41,202 nt of DNA from Actinomycetota bacterium (GCA_013695385.1 JACDAN010000030.1:1-41202), one strand, 5' to 3'; counted from the stretch's first letter, positions 8,374-17,765 are shown. The notes: generated by a model from the letters alone, not told the origin. Numbers and translations are program-made.

Positions 8374-9804
8374 TCAGCCGACCGACCCCTCCATCTGCAA
8401 CAGGATCAGGCGGTTGAGCTCGACCGCATACTCGAGCGGAAGCTCCTTGGTGATCGGCTCCACGAAGCCGGAGACGATCATCGCGCTGGCCTCGGCCTCG
8501 GAGAGGCCACGGCTCATCAGGTAGAAGAGCTGCTCCTCACCGATCTTCGAGACGGTCGCCTCGTGGCCGATGTCGACGTTGTCCTCGTCGATCTTCATGT
8601 ACGGGTAGGTGTCGGAGCGGGAGGCCTCGTCGAGGATCAGCGCGTCGCAGACCACCTTGGACTTCGCTCCCGTCGCCCCCTTGGCGACCTCGAGCAAACC
8701 GCGGTAGCCGGCGCGGCCACCGTTCTTCGAGATCGACTTCGAGGTGATAATCGAGGTCGTATTCGGCGCGACGTGGACAGCCTTGCCGCCGGCGTCCTGG
8801 TGCTGCCCGGTTCCCGCGAAGGCGATCGAGAGCACCTCGCCGTGAGCGCCTTCGCCCATCAGCCAGATCGCCGGGTACTTCATCGTCAGCTTCGACCCGA
8901 GGTTCCCGTCGACCCACTCCATCGTGGCGTTCTCGTAGGCGACGGCCCGCTTGGTCACGAGGTTGTAGACGTTCGTCGACCAGTTCTGAATCGTCGTGTA
9001 GCGGCAGCGCCCGCGCGGTTTGACGATGATCTCGACGACGGCCGAGTGCAGCGAGTCGCTCGAGTAGATCGGCGCCGTGCAGCCCTCGACGTAGTGCACG
9101 TAGGCGTCCTCGTCGACGATGATCAGCGTGCGCTCGAACTGGCCCATGTTCTCCGCGTTGATGCGGAAGTAGGCCTGAAGCGGCATGTCGATGTGCACCC
9201 CCGGCGGGACATAGATGAACGAGCCGCCCGACCAGACGGCCGAGTTCAACGCGGCGAACTTGTTGTCGTTCGCCGGGATGATCGTCCCGAAGTACTCCTT
9301 GACGATCTCCTCGTGCTCGCGGAGCGCGGAGTCCATGTCGAGAAAGAGCACGCCCTTTTGCTCCAGGTCTTCCTTGAGCTTGTGGTAGACGACCTCGCTC
9401 TCGTACTGGGCGCCGACGCCGGCGAGGAACTTCCGCTCGGCCTCGGGGATCCCGAGCCGGTCCCAGGTGTCCTTGATGTCCGGCGGAAGGTCTTCCCAGG
9501 ACTTCGCCTGCTTCTCGGTCGGCCGGATGTAGTAGAAGATGTTGTCGAAGTCGATGTCGGCGACGTTGCCGCCCCAGTCCGGGAGGGGGCGCGCCTCGAA
9601 ATACTCGAGCGCCTTGAGCCGGTAGTCCCGCATCCACTGCGGCTCGTTCTTGTGCTCGGAGATGGCGGCGACGAGCTCGGACGAGAGCCCGCGGCCGGAC
9701 TTGAAGAAGTAGTCCTCGGCTGCGTCGGGGCTGTGGAAGCCGTACTTGTAGTCGCTGCCGATCTCGGCGACGACCTGGTTCTCGGTCTCGGTGACTGCTG
9801 CCAC
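8374..9804 (-). CDS. sufB: Fe-S cluster assembly protein SufB
   Basis: 476 aa. The GTG start shares 1 nt with the sufC stop. Sequence is characteristic SufB throughout (…HYVEGCTAP…, …[17 protein letters not shown]…). Confidence 0.95.
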   Translation of the reverse strand: MAAVTETENQVVAEIGSDYKYGFHSPDAAEDYFFKSGRGLSSELVAAISEHKNEPQWMRDYRLKALEYFEARPLPDWGGNVADIDFDNIFYYIRPTEKQAKSWEDLPPDIKDTWDRLGIPEAERKFLAGVGAQYESEVVYHKLKEDLEQKGVLFLDMDSALREHEEIVKEYFGTIIPANDNKFAALNSAVWSGGSFIYVPPGVHIDMPLQAYFRINAENMGQFERTLIIVDEDAYVHYVEGCTAPIYSSDSLHSAVVEIIVKPRGRCRYTTIQNWSTNVYNLVTKRAVAYENATMEWVDGNLGSKLTMKYPAIWLMGEGAHGEVLSIAFAGTGQHQDAGGKAVHVAPNTTSIITSKSISKNGGRAGYRGLLEVAKGATGAKSKVVCDALILDEASRSDTYPYMKIDEDNVDIGHEATVSKIGEEQLFYLMSRGLSEAEASAMIVSGFVEPITKELPLEYAVELNRLILLQMEGSVG

Positions 9805-10586
9805 TATTCCTTGCTCCCTACGGCCGGCACTGGCATGAAAGCCTCATAGCCATCTGCTTCCAGTGTATGCGCCAACTCCGGCCCGCCGTCGGCGACAACC
9901 CTTCCGTCGACGAAGACGTGGACGAAATCGGGCTTGATGTAGCTGAGGATCCGCTGGTAGTGCGTGATCACCAGGGCGCCCATCTCGGGACCGACGAGGT
10001 CGCGGACGCCGCCGGCGACGATGCGCAGGGCGTCGATGTCGAGCCCCGAGTCGGTCTCGTCGAGCACCGCGATCCTGGGCTTCAGCATCGCCATCTGCAG
10101 GATCTCGACGCGCTTCTTCTCGCCACCCGAGAATCCGTCGTTCAGGTATCGCTGGGCGAGCTCCCGCGGGATCTTGAGGCGCTCCATGGCGGCCATCATC
10201 TCCTTGCGGAACTCGGGAATCGGAACCGGGTCGTCGGCGCCGCCGGAACGGGCCTTCCGAATTGCATTGATCGCCGAGCGAAGGAAGCTCGTCACGGTGA
10301 CCCCGGGGATCGCGTGGGGGTACTGGAAGGCGAGGAACAGGCCACGTTGCGCGCGCTTGTCCGCCTCGAGCTCGGTGACGTCGTCGCCGTCGAAGAAGAT
10401 CTGCCCCTCCGTGATCTCGTAGGCCGGATGACCCATGAGCGCGTAGGCCAAGGTCGACTTCCCCGAGCCGTTCGGGCCCATGACCGCGTGGATCTCGCCC
10501 GTGTCGACCGAGAGGTCGACACCCTTGACGATCTCCGTCCCGTCTTCGAGCGCGACGTGCAGGTTCTTCAACTCGAGTAGAGCCAC
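9804..10586 (-). CDS. sufC: Fe-S cluster assembly ATPase SufC
   Basis: ORF trimmed to the GTG at 10586, with GGGAG a few nt upstream. It has Walker [10 protein letters not shown], the ABC signature FSGGEKKR and Walker [12 protein letters not shown]. Confidence 0.95.
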   Translation of the reverse strand: MALLELKNLHVALEDGTEIVKGVDLSVDTGEIHAVMGPNGSGKSTLAYALMGHPAYEITEGQIFFDGDDVTELEADKRAQRGLFLAFQYPHAIPGVTVTSFLRSAINAIRKARSGGADDPVPIPEFRKEMMAAMERLKIPRELAQRYLNDGFSGGEKKRVEILQMAMLKPRIAVLDETDSGLDIDALRIVAGGVRDLVGPEMGALVITHYQRILSYIKPDFVHVFVDGRVVADGGPELAHTLEADGYEAFMPVPAVGSKE

Positions 10587-10686
10587 ACACTCCCTTTCGT
10601 GAAACGCGGGCCTCGGGGGCCCCACCGTCGAGATCCATGGTACCAGCGGCCTTTCGGCCCCCGGGCCGACCAAACCCGCTGCTATC

Positions 10687-10926
10687 GTGCGGTTCATGCC
10701 CTTCGGTATCGGGCTTCCCGAAGTCCTCATCTTCCTCGTCGTCGTCCTCCTCCTCTTCGGCGCCTCCCGCGTGCCCGAGATCGGGCGTTCGATGGGCAAG
10801 GGCATGCGCGAGTTCAAGGACGCGGTCACGGGCAAGGATGACGAGGTTCCCCCGTCGCTCCCCCGCGCACCCGAGGACGAAGAGAACGTCGCGGCCGCGC
10901 CCCGCGAGCGCGACACCGTCCTCTAG
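10687..10926 (+). CDS. tatA: Twin-arginine translocase subunit TatA/E
   Basis: GLPEVLIFLVVVLLLFGASRVPEIGRSMGKGMREFK is a TM helix plus amphipathic helix with the FG hinge. The start is GTG 10687 or ATG 10696. Confidence 0.85.
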   Translation: MRFMPFGIGLPEVLIFLVVVLLLFGASRVPEIGRSMGKGMREFKDAVTGKDDEVPPSLPRAPEDEENVAAAPRERDTVL

Positions 10927-10935
10927 AGGCCCTCG

Positions 10936-11700
10936 GTGAAGCGGCTCCCGCGCCGGCTGACCTACGGCGAGGAGGCGACGCTCGTCGAACACCTCGACGA
11001 GCTCCGCAACCGGCTGATCGTCTGCGGGCTTGCGCTCGGACTGGCGTTTCCCGTGGCGTTCTTCTTCCACGAGGAGCTCGTCGACGTCCTGATGCAGCTC
11101 CTTCCCAGGGATCGGAAGCTCGTCACTCTCGGCGTGGCGGAGCCGTTCACCACGGCGCTCAAGGTCAGCTTCTACGCGTCGCTCGCCCTCGCCTTTCCCG
11201 TGCTCGTCTGGCAGACCTGGGGCTTCTTCGCCCCGGCCGTCCGGCAGGGGAGCCAGCGCGTCGTGGCGCGCTTCGTTGCTCTCGCGACCGTCCTGTTCGC
11301 GGGCGGGATGGCGTTCGCGTACTTCATCGTCCTGCCGCGCGCCCTCAGCTTCCTGACGGAGTACGACTCGCAGCTCTACGACATCCAGATCCGGGCGAGC
11401 TACTTCCTCTCGTTCGTCGCCCTGATGATCTTCGCAACGGGGCTCATCTTCCAGCTGCCGATCTTCATCCTTGGCCTCGTGCGACTTCGGATCCTCACCT
11501 CCGCGCAGCTTCGCGCGAATCGGAAGATCGCCTATGTGGGCCTGCTGGGGGGAGCGATTCTGCTCCCGACGGTCGATCCGGTCTCGCTCGCCCTCGAGGT
11601 CGCCCCCCTCTGGATCCTGTTCGAGCTCTCGCTCTGGCTCTCCGTCCTGCTCGAGAAGCGGTGGGATGCGGCGGAAGCCGTGCGAATCGAGCACGCGTGA
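10936..11700 (+). CDS. tatC: Twin-arginine translocase subunit TatC
   Basis: 254 aa, six hydrophobic segments, N-terminus ...TLVEHLDELRNRL typical of TatC, 9 nt after tatA. Confidence 0.9.
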   Translation: MKRLPRRLTYGEEATLVEHLDELRNRLIVCGLALGLAFPVAFFFHEELVDVLMQLLPRDRKLVTLGVAEPFTTALKVSFYASLALAFPVLVWQTWGFFAPAVRQGSQRVVARFVALATVLFAGGMAFAYFIVLPRALSFLTEYDSQLYDIQIRASYFLSFVALMIFATGLIFQLPIFILGLVRLRILTSAQLRANRKIAYVGLLGGAILLPTVDPVSLALEVAPLWILFELSLWLSVLLEKRWDAAEAVRIEHA

Positions 11701-11754
11701 CCCGGCGCCGCCTGCGCAAGTCGCTCGCGGGGAGCAAGCTAACCTAGCGCTGTA

Positions 11755-12645
11755 ATGGCACGTTCTGCCCAACGCCGAAACCGGCAACAGCGAGAGCGCC
11801 GGCCGACGCCTCGCCAGGCCACCCCGCCGCGCACTCCGGTCGCGTCCTACGAGGACACGATGTTCTTCCCGCGCCTGCGTCGGCAGGCGAAGTGGATGTT
11901 CGTCTTCCTCGCCGTCATCTTCGGACTCGGGTACGTGATCTTCAACGTCGGCGGGTCGATTCCCGGAACCGGCCTCGGCGACGTCCTCCAGGGCCTCGGC
12001 CAGAGCGCGGACACGGGTCCGTCGGTCGACGACTCCCGGGAGAAGATCCGGGAGCGTCCGAACGATCCGGCCGGCTACCGCAACCTCGCCACGGCGCTCC
12101 AGCGGCAGGGCCGCAACACCGAGGCGATCGAACCGCTGGAGAACTACGTGCGGCTTCGGCCAAAGGATCGCGACGCCCTCCAGCAGTTGGCCGGCCTCCA
12201 TCTCGCGCAGGCCCGGACGCATGAGGAACAGGGAACCGCGGCTCGAGCCCGCCTGACGGAGATCACCGGCGCTGACGTCTTCACTCCGAGTTCCCAGAGT
12301 CAATTTTCGCAGCAGTTCGGAAACCCCCAGATCACGAGCATCGAGGCGACCAAGCTCAACCAGCAGCTCAACCAGGCGTTTCTCGGCGTCCAGGAGTCCT
12401 ACAAGGAGGCGACGACCGTCCTCCAACGCCTGATCGCCGTCACGCCGGACGAGCTCGAGGCCGACGAGCCGCTCGTCTTCCTCCAGCTGGGCTCGGCGGC
12501 GGCCTCTGCGGGCGACCTGAAAGCCGCGGTCAAGGCCTACGAGCGTTACCTCGAGGTGGCGCCGGACTCCGCGAGTGCCGCTTCGGTTCGCGCGCAGCTC
12601 CCGCAGCTGCGTCAGGCCGCGAACCCCGGCAAGGGCAAGGGCTGA
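11755..12645 (+). CDS. Membrane-anchored TPR-repeat protein
   Basis: Basic N-terminus, one TM segment (WMFVFLAVIFGLGYVIF), then TPR-like helical repeats (YRNLATALQRQGRNTEAIEPLENYVRLRPKD...). Confidence 0.7.
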   Translation: MARSAQRRNRQQRERRPTPRQATPPRTPVASYEDTMFFPRLRRQAKWMFVFLAVIFGLGYVIFNVGGSIPGTGLGDVLQGLGQSADTGPSVDDSREKIRERPNDPAGYRNLATALQRQGRNTEAIEPLENYVRLRPKDRDALQQLAGLHLAQARTHEEQGTAARARLTEITGADVFTPSSQSQFSQQFGNPQITSIEATKLNQQLNQAFLGVQESYKEATTVLQRLIAVTPDELEADEPLVFLQLGSAAASAGDLKAAVKAYERYLEVAPDSASAASVRAQLPQLRQAANPGKGKG

Positions 12646-12685
12646 GGGACTAGACTCCGCGGAGCTTTTCTACCGGGGGAGACGC

Positions 12686-13051
12686 GTGAACTTCGACATC
12701 AAGACCGAGCAGCTCGAGAACTCCGCCTATGTGATCTCGCTTGCGGGTGAAGTCGACCTCTATACGGCCCCGGAGTTCAAGCAGCAGCTGCTCGAGGTGA
12801 TCAACAAGGGCGCGAAGGACGTCGTCGTCGACTTCTCGAACACGACCTTCATCGACTCGACGACGCTCGGTGTGCTGGTGGGCGGTGTCAAGCGGCTCCG
12901 CACCAACGAAGGTCAGCTCTCCCTCGTCTCCAGCGATCGCAACATCACGAAGATCTTCGAGATCACGGGGCTCGACCGCGTCTTCACGATCTACGGAAGT
13001 CGCGACGAAGCGGTCTCCGGCATGAACTCGGCGACCCAGCCCACCGCGTAG
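12686..13051 (+). CDS. STAS-domain anti-sigma-factor antagonist (SpoIIAA-like)
   Basis: Trimmed to the GTG at 12686, with GGGGGAG upstream. It contains LAGEVDLYTAPEFKQQL...VVVDFSNTTFIDSTTLGVLV...ITGLDRVF. Confidence 0.8.
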   Translation: MNFDIKTEQLENSAYVISLAGEVDLYTAPEFKQQLLEVINKGAKDVVVDFSNTTFIDSTTLGVLVGGVKRLRTNEGQLSLVSSDRNITKIFEITGLDRVFTIYGSRDEAVSGMNSATQPTA

Positions 13052-13052
13052 C

Positions 13053-13682
13053 TTGCGGGCCGAAGCGGCCGTCCTCCTCGTCCTCGGCTCCCTCGTGGTG
13101 GCGGGCTGCGGCACGGACGGATTGACCAACGAGTCCGCGGACGCCTCCCAAGGCAAGGCCCTCTTTCGGCAGAAGTGCGGCAGCTGCCACACGCTTCAGG
13201 AGGCCGGAACCCAGGGCTCGAAGGGCAACCCGGTCGGAGGGCCGAACCTTGACGACGCATTCCGCGGCCCGCGGAGCGAGGGGTTCGCGGAGAGCGCGAT
13301 CCTCGAGACGGTGCGCCACCAGATCGATTACCCGGTGCCTCCCATGCCGGAGAACCTGCTCGAGGACGAGGAGGCCGACGCCGTAGCGGTGTATGTCGCG
13401 GCCGTGGCCGCGAAGCCCGGCGTCAAGGTCACCGAGGTAGCCGGCGAGGACTCGAACGACCCGAAGGCACTCTTCAGGACCAACTGCGGCAGTTGCCACG
13501 TCCTCGCGGACGCCGGCACCGCCGGCAAGATCGGGCCGAATCTCGACCAGGCGAAGCCCTCGTTGAAGTACGCGATCAGCCAGATCACGAACGGCGGCAA
13601 CGGCATGCCGCCCTTCAAGGGCCAGCTCACCGAGGAGCAGATCGAGCTCCTCGCTGCTTATCTAGTTCGAGTCACGCGCTAG
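13053..13682 (+). CDS. Dihaem c-type cytochrome lipoprotein
   Basis: TTG start 1 nt after the STAS stop. It has the lipobox VVAGC, two CGSCH haem motifs, and a second module ending GGNGMPPF. Confidence 0.85.
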   Translation: MRAEAAVLLVLGSLVVAGCGTDGLTNESADASQGKALFRQKCGSCHTLQEAGTQGSKGNPVGGPNLDDAFRGPRSEGFAESAILETVRHQIDYPVPPMPENLLEDEEADAVAVYVAAVAAKPGVKVTEVAGEDSNDPKALFRTNCGSCHVLADAGTAGKIGPNLDQAKPSLKYAISQITNGGNGMPPFKGQLTEEQIELLAAYLVRVTR

Positions 13683-13692
13683 CGCCAGTCCC

Positions 13693-13710
13693 TCGCCTCG
13701 GCGGAGGCGA
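13693..13710. terminator. Hairpin between convergent genes (7-bp stem TCGCCTC/GAGGCGA, 4-nt loop)
   Basis: Read directly. It lies between the stop at 13682 (+) and the stop at 13740 (-). Confidence 0.4.
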
Positions 13711-13739
13711 CCGGGCGCTTGCTGGTGGGCGGCGCAGCC

Positions 13740-14387
13740 CTAGCCGTAAGCCGCCTCGCGCTCCGCGGCCAGGTCCACGACGACATGCGTGATCGGGACG
13801 TCGAAGCGCTCACGCGCCGCCCGGACTACACCACGCTCGAGCCACTGCGACCTGCCCTCGGGGTGCGTCGAGATGATCACCTCGTCAGCGCCGAAGGTTC
13901 GCAAGGCGTCCTCGAGTGCCTGAAGGGGATTGGCGTCACCCACTTCTCCCTGCGCCGTGATCCCGGCTTCCCGCAGCCGGGCCAGGCTCTCCGTCAGACG
14001 TCCCTGCGCACGCGCGCGTCCCGCATCCTCGTCCGAGGCGAAGTAGCGGACTCGGGAGACGAGAGCCGGGCAGACGATTCGGATCTGCTCGTCGATCCCC
14101 TCCGACCGGCGACGGATCTCGTCCCGAAGCCGCTCGCCACCGACGGTCTCGTTCGCAATCACCAGGATTCTCCGCTCACCGGGCGCACTTGGCCGGATCG
14201 TCCCTTGACGCGAAGGCTCTCGGCGAACTCGAATCACCGCTGCGGTCGCGGCGACCGTCAGAAGCAGGAAGACAGCTACCCCGAGCCACCTGTGGACCGC
14301 CGCGGCGAGCACGATGAGTGCGAAATAGCCGGCCGTGAGCCAGACCAGCCGGAACGCTTCCGCCTCATTCCGAAGTGGATTCCTCAC
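13740..14387 (-). CDS. Two-TM membrane protein with a C-terminal USP-like (HUP-class) domain, paralogous to 15031..15900
   Basis: ORF 13740..15044 trimmed to the GTG at 14387, with GGAGG 9 nt upstream. Two hydrophobic helices are followed by ILVIANETVGGERL...DEVIISTHPEGRSQWLER...VPITHVVVD. Confidence 0.7.
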   Translation of the reverse strand: MRNPLRNEAEAFRLVWLTAGYFALIVLAAAVHRWLGVAVFLLLTVAATAAVIRVRREPSRQGTIRPSAPGERRILVIANETVGGERLRDEIRRRSEGIDEQIRIVCPALVSRVRYFASDEDAGRARAQGRLTESLARLREAGITAQGEVGDANPLQALEDALRTFGADEVIISTHPEGRSQWLERGVVRAARERFDVPITHVVVDLAAEREAAYG

Positions 14388-14425
14388 GTCCCCGACCTCC
14401 GGTTCCCGCGAGAGTGTGGGGTCAT

Positions 14426-15034
14426 CTACAAGAGGTAGATCGTCGCGTACACCACGATCCACATTACGTCGACGAAGTGCCAATAGATTCCGGGGATCTC
14501 GACACCGTGGTGGTGTGCCGGCGTGAAGTGGCCGCGGAAGGCGCGGATGGTGGCAAACGTCAGCAGCGTGAGTCCCACGAAGACGTGGGCCCCGTGGAGA
14601 CCGGTGAGACCGTAGAAGATCGTTCCGAAGGCGCCGTCGGCGGGAGAGAAGCCGACGCGCGAATACTCGCGGAACTGCGTCAGGAGGAAGGTCACACCGA
14701 GCGCGAGCGTCAACACGAGCCCGGCCTGGAGGCCGGCTCGGTTGCCGCGCTTGATCGACTGGAGCGCCCAGTGGATCGTGAAGCTCGAGGTGACGAGGAT
14801 CGCCGTGTTCACGCCTGCGACGAACTTCGGCAACTCGAACGGCTCGAGCGGCCACTCCGCGCCGGCGTTCACCCGCACGAAGAAGTACGCGGTGAAGAAC
14901 GACCCGAAGAGCATCACCTCGGAGGCGATGAAGAGAAGCATGCCGAGCGTCGGGGCGTCGACCCGAGAGCTCTGGTTCGCGGTGGGCGGATGGAGATGGC
15001 CTCCGCCGTGCGGGGTCTCCGAGTGGGCGCTCAT
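14426..15034 (-). CDS. ctaE: Cytochrome c oxidase subunit III
   Basis: 202 aa, hydrophobic, with ...GMLLFIASEVMLFGSFFTAYF... and ...GLHGAHVFVGL.... Its ATG overlaps the upstream stop (ATGA). Confidence 0.9.
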   Translation of the reverse strand: MSAHSETPHGGGHLHPPTANQSSRVDAPTLGMLLFIASEVMLFGSFFTAYFFVRVNAGAEWPLEPFELPKFVAGVNTAILVTSSFTIHWALQSIKRGNRAGLQAGLVLTLALGVTFLLTQFREYSRVGFSPADGAFGTIFYGLTGLHGAHVFVGLTLLTFATIRAFRGHFTPAHHHGVEIPGIYWHFVDVMWIVVYATIYLL

Positions 15035-15900
15035 TCCGCGGCAACCACGGGGGGATCCGCGTCGACCTCGCCCGCCGCGATAACGACGTGCTCGACGGGA
15101 AGCTTCGAGTCGTTGTGGAGCCGCTGGATGAGATTCCGGCGGAGCCAGGGCGATCTCGCAGGCTCGAAGGTGGAGACGATCACTTCGTCGATCCGCTCGT
15201 CCCGGATCGCCTGCATCGCGGCCGTATAGGGATCCGGATGCGAGACCTGACCGTGGGCTTCGATGCCGGCAGCACGAAGCTCGGAGAGGGCGCGGCGAAG
15301 ACGGCGTTCCGCCTCAGGATGCGCCGACTGGGCCGGGTCGCTCTGCGGTGAGATGACGAGAAAGCTCGCCGGGCCGCGCTCGGCCCACTCTCGGATCCGC
15401 GCGATCAGCCTTTCCCCGAGCACGGTCTCGTTCGCGATTACAAGGACGTTCGTCTGACCGTCGCCCTCCGTGGACACGTCGACGACTACGTGCTCGAGCG
15501 GGACGTCTCCCACGACCCTGCGAACGCGGTCGACGACGCTCTTGCGAATCCAGCCGGACTTCTGGAGCGGATGCGTGGAGAGGATCACGTCGGTGGGACG
15601 CGGGTCGAGCATCCCGAAGGCGTCCCGTACGGCGTCGGCGGGGTCGTTCTCGACGACGAGCCCGTGAGCAGGGATCCCCGCTTCGCGAAGCAGGGCCAGC
15701 GTGCGGTCGAGGCGTCGGCCGGCCGCGGCGCGCCTCGTGTCCGTGTAGACGACGTATCCCGACTGCGGTGTCGAGACTGGGGCCAGCACGGTAACGAGCT
15801 CGACGTCCTGCTCGTCCGCCCGCTTCTTCACCGCCTCGAGCAGCGACGTCCCCATGACGGTCTCGTTCGCGACGACGAGAATGTGCCTGCCGCCCGCCAT
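15031..15900 (-). CDS. Soluble protein with two tandem USP-like (HUP-class) domains of unknown function
   Basis: There are two internal repeats, each carrying ILVVANETV/VLVIANETV ... DVILSTHP..SGWIRK / EVIVSTFE..SPWLRR ... HVV. The start shares 1 nt with the ctaD stop and the stop overlaps the ctaE ATG. Confidence 0.75.
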   Translation of the reverse strand: MAGGRHILVVANETVMGTSLLEAVKKRADEQDVELVTVLAPVSTPQSGYVVYTDTRRAAAGRRLDRTLALLREAGIPAHGLVVENDPADAVRDAFGMLDPRPTDVILSTHPLQKSGWIRKSVVDRVRRVVGDVPLEHVVVDVSTEGDGQTNVLVIANETVLGERLIARIREWAERGPASFLVISPQSDPAQSAHPEAERRLRRALSELRAAGIEAHGQVSHPDPYTAAMQAIRDERIDEVIVSTFEPARSPWLRRNLIQRLHNDSKLPVEHVVIAAGEVDADPPVVAAE

Positions 15901-17765
15901 CAGCGTTGGACGGTCTCCGCCTCGCCGGTCGGAGCGCGCTCGCCGCTCAGAATCGCGTGCCGCGCGCCCGGCACGCCGTACTCATACGGATTTCCGACCA
16001 CCTGCGGGATCTCGTCGAAGTTGAAGAGCGGCGGCGGCGAGGAGACCTGCCACTCGAGCGTCAGCGCGCGCCACGGGTTCGACGGCGCCGGCTTTCCGCT
16101 GCGCCAGCTGACGATCATGTTGTAGACGAAGATGATGAACGAGGCGCCCAGCACGAACGACGAGATCGTGATGAAGAGGTTCCAGTTCCCGAACTGCGGG
16201 TCATAGGTGTAGACCCGGCGCGGCATCCCCTGCACGCCGATGATGTGCATCGGGAAGAAGGTCGCGTTGAAGGCCAGGAAGCTCAACCAGAAATGGACCT
16301 TGCCGAGCGTCTCGTTGTACATCCGGCCGGTCATCTTGGGGAACCAGTAGTAGATCCCGGCGAAGATCGTGAAGAGCGATCCGCCGAGGAGCACGTAGTG
16401 GATGTGGGCGACGACGAAGTAGGTGTCCGAGGTGTGGATGACGATCGGGACTGCGCCGAGGAAGATCCCGGAAAGTCCACCGATCACGAACATGGAGACG
16501 AAGCCGACGGCCCATAACATCGGCGTCGCGAAGTTGATCCGCCCCTCCCACGTCGTGGCTAACCACGAGAACACCTTGATCCCGGTCGGCACCGCGATCA
16601 ACAGGGTGGTGACCATCATCGGAACCCGCAGCCAGGGCGCCATTCCCGCCACGAACATGTGGTGGGCCCAGACCGAGAAGCCGAGGATGAGGATCGCCAT
16701 CAGCGAGAGCGCCATCAGCCTGTAGCCGAAGATCGGCTTCCTCGACATCGCGGAGATCACCTCCGAGGCGATCCCGAAACCGGGCAGCATCATGATGTAG
16801 ACCGCGGGGTGGGAGTAGAACCAGAAGATGTGCTGGTACCCGAGCGGGTAGCCGCCTTCGGCGAAGTCGAAGAAGTTCGTGTGCATCACCTTGTCGAACA
16901 TCACGAAGAACTGCGACCCGGCGATGAACGGGGTCGCGATCACGACGAGAAGTGACGTGGTGAAGTTGGCCCAGACGAGCAGTGGCATGCGCCAGAAGGT
17001 CATGCCGGGCGCTCGCATCGTGATGATCGTGACCAGGAAGTTCAGCGCCGTGGCGATCGACGAGGCACCGGCCCACTGGACGGCCATCGAGAAGAAGACG
17101 TTGCCGAACGGCTGCTCGACCGCAAGCGGCGCGTAGTTCGTCCAGCCGGCGCCGAAGCCGGGGAAGAAGAAGCTCGCGAGCATCATGATCCCCGCGATCG
17201 GAAGCAGCCAGTAGGAGAGGGCGTTCAGCCTCGGGAACGCCATGTCGGGCGCTCCGATCATGATCGGCAGCACGTAGTTCGCGAGCCCGGCGAAGGCAGG
17301 GATCACGAAGAGGAAGATCATCAGCGCCGCATGCGCCGTGAAGAGCTCGTTGTACGTCTGCGGGTCGACGAAGTTCGCCTCCGGACGCGCGAGCTCGGCG
17401 CGGACGAGCATGGCCAGCATCCCGCCGACCAGGAAGAAGACGATCGTCGTCGTGACGTACTGGATGCCGATCACCTTGTGGTCGGTGTTGATCCGGAAGT
17501 AGTCGCTCCAACTCCTGGCGCCGTGGCCCGAGTGGTCGTCGGGCCTGGTTGGAGCGCCGAACGCCCAGCCGAGCCAGTAGTCGAACGCACCGAGGCCCGA
17601 GAGGAAGCCGATCGGGGCCATCGTCAGCGCGGCAACGGTGATGATCGGCTCCCAGTCGATCGCCGGGTCCCAGCCGGCGAAGGCCCGGATCCCGGCGACG
17701 AGGCCGAAGCCGATCCCGAAGAAGAGCGCGGTCATCCAGGCGGCGCGAAGCCAGCCCGGTGCCAA
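15900..17765 (-). CDS. ctaD: Cytochrome c oxidase subunit I with an N-terminal two-TM extension
   Basis: Contains INTDHKVIGIQY, WAHHMF and HIHYVLLGG. The start is uncertain: TTG 17765 (used here), ATG 17735, or GTG 17951. The last would overlap ctaC by 80 nt. Confidence 0.9.
   Translation of the reverse strand: MAPGWLRAAWMTALFFGIGFGLVAGIRAFAGWDPAIDWEPIITVAALTMAPIGFLSGLGAFDYWLGWAFGAPTRPDDHSGHGARSWSDYFRINTDHKVIGIQYVTTTIVFFLVGGMLAMLVRAELARPEANFVDPQTYNELFTAHAALMIFLFVIPAFAGLANYVLPIMIGAPDMAFPRLNALSYWLLPIAGIMMLASFFFPGFGAGWTNYAPLAVEQPFGNVFFSMAVQWAGASSIATALNFLVTIITMRAPGMTFWRMPLLVWANFTTSLLVVIATPFIAGSQFFVMFDKVMHTNFFDFAEGGYPLGYQHIFWFYSHPAVYIMMLPGFGIASEVISAMSRKPIFGYRLMALSLMAILILGFSVWAHHMFVAGMAPWLRVPMMVTTLLIAVPTGIKVFSWLATTWEGRINFATPMLWAVGFVSMFVIGGLSGIFLGAVPIVIHTSDTYFVVAHIHYVLLGGSLFTIFAGIYYWFPKMTGRMYNETLGKVHFWLSFLAFNATFFPMHIIGVQGMPRRVYTYDPQFGNWNLFITISSFVLGASFIIFVYNMIVSWRSGKPAPSNPWRALTLEWQVSSPPPLFNFDEIPQVVGNPYEYGVPGARHAILSGERAPTGEAETVQR

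Noticed and set aside
10587-10686. Short palindromes (for example TGGTACCA) in the sufC-tatA divergent spacer as a SufR operator
   Set aside because: They are only 8 bp long, there is no second copy, and no sufR gene is in the window. Support is insufficient.
9844-12426. 860-aa minus-strand ORF spanning sufC, tatA, tatC and the TPR gene
   Set aside because: It is an Arg/Gly/Pro/Asp-rich low-complexity translation lying antisense to several genes with clear family motifs. This is a typical GC-rich shadow ORF.
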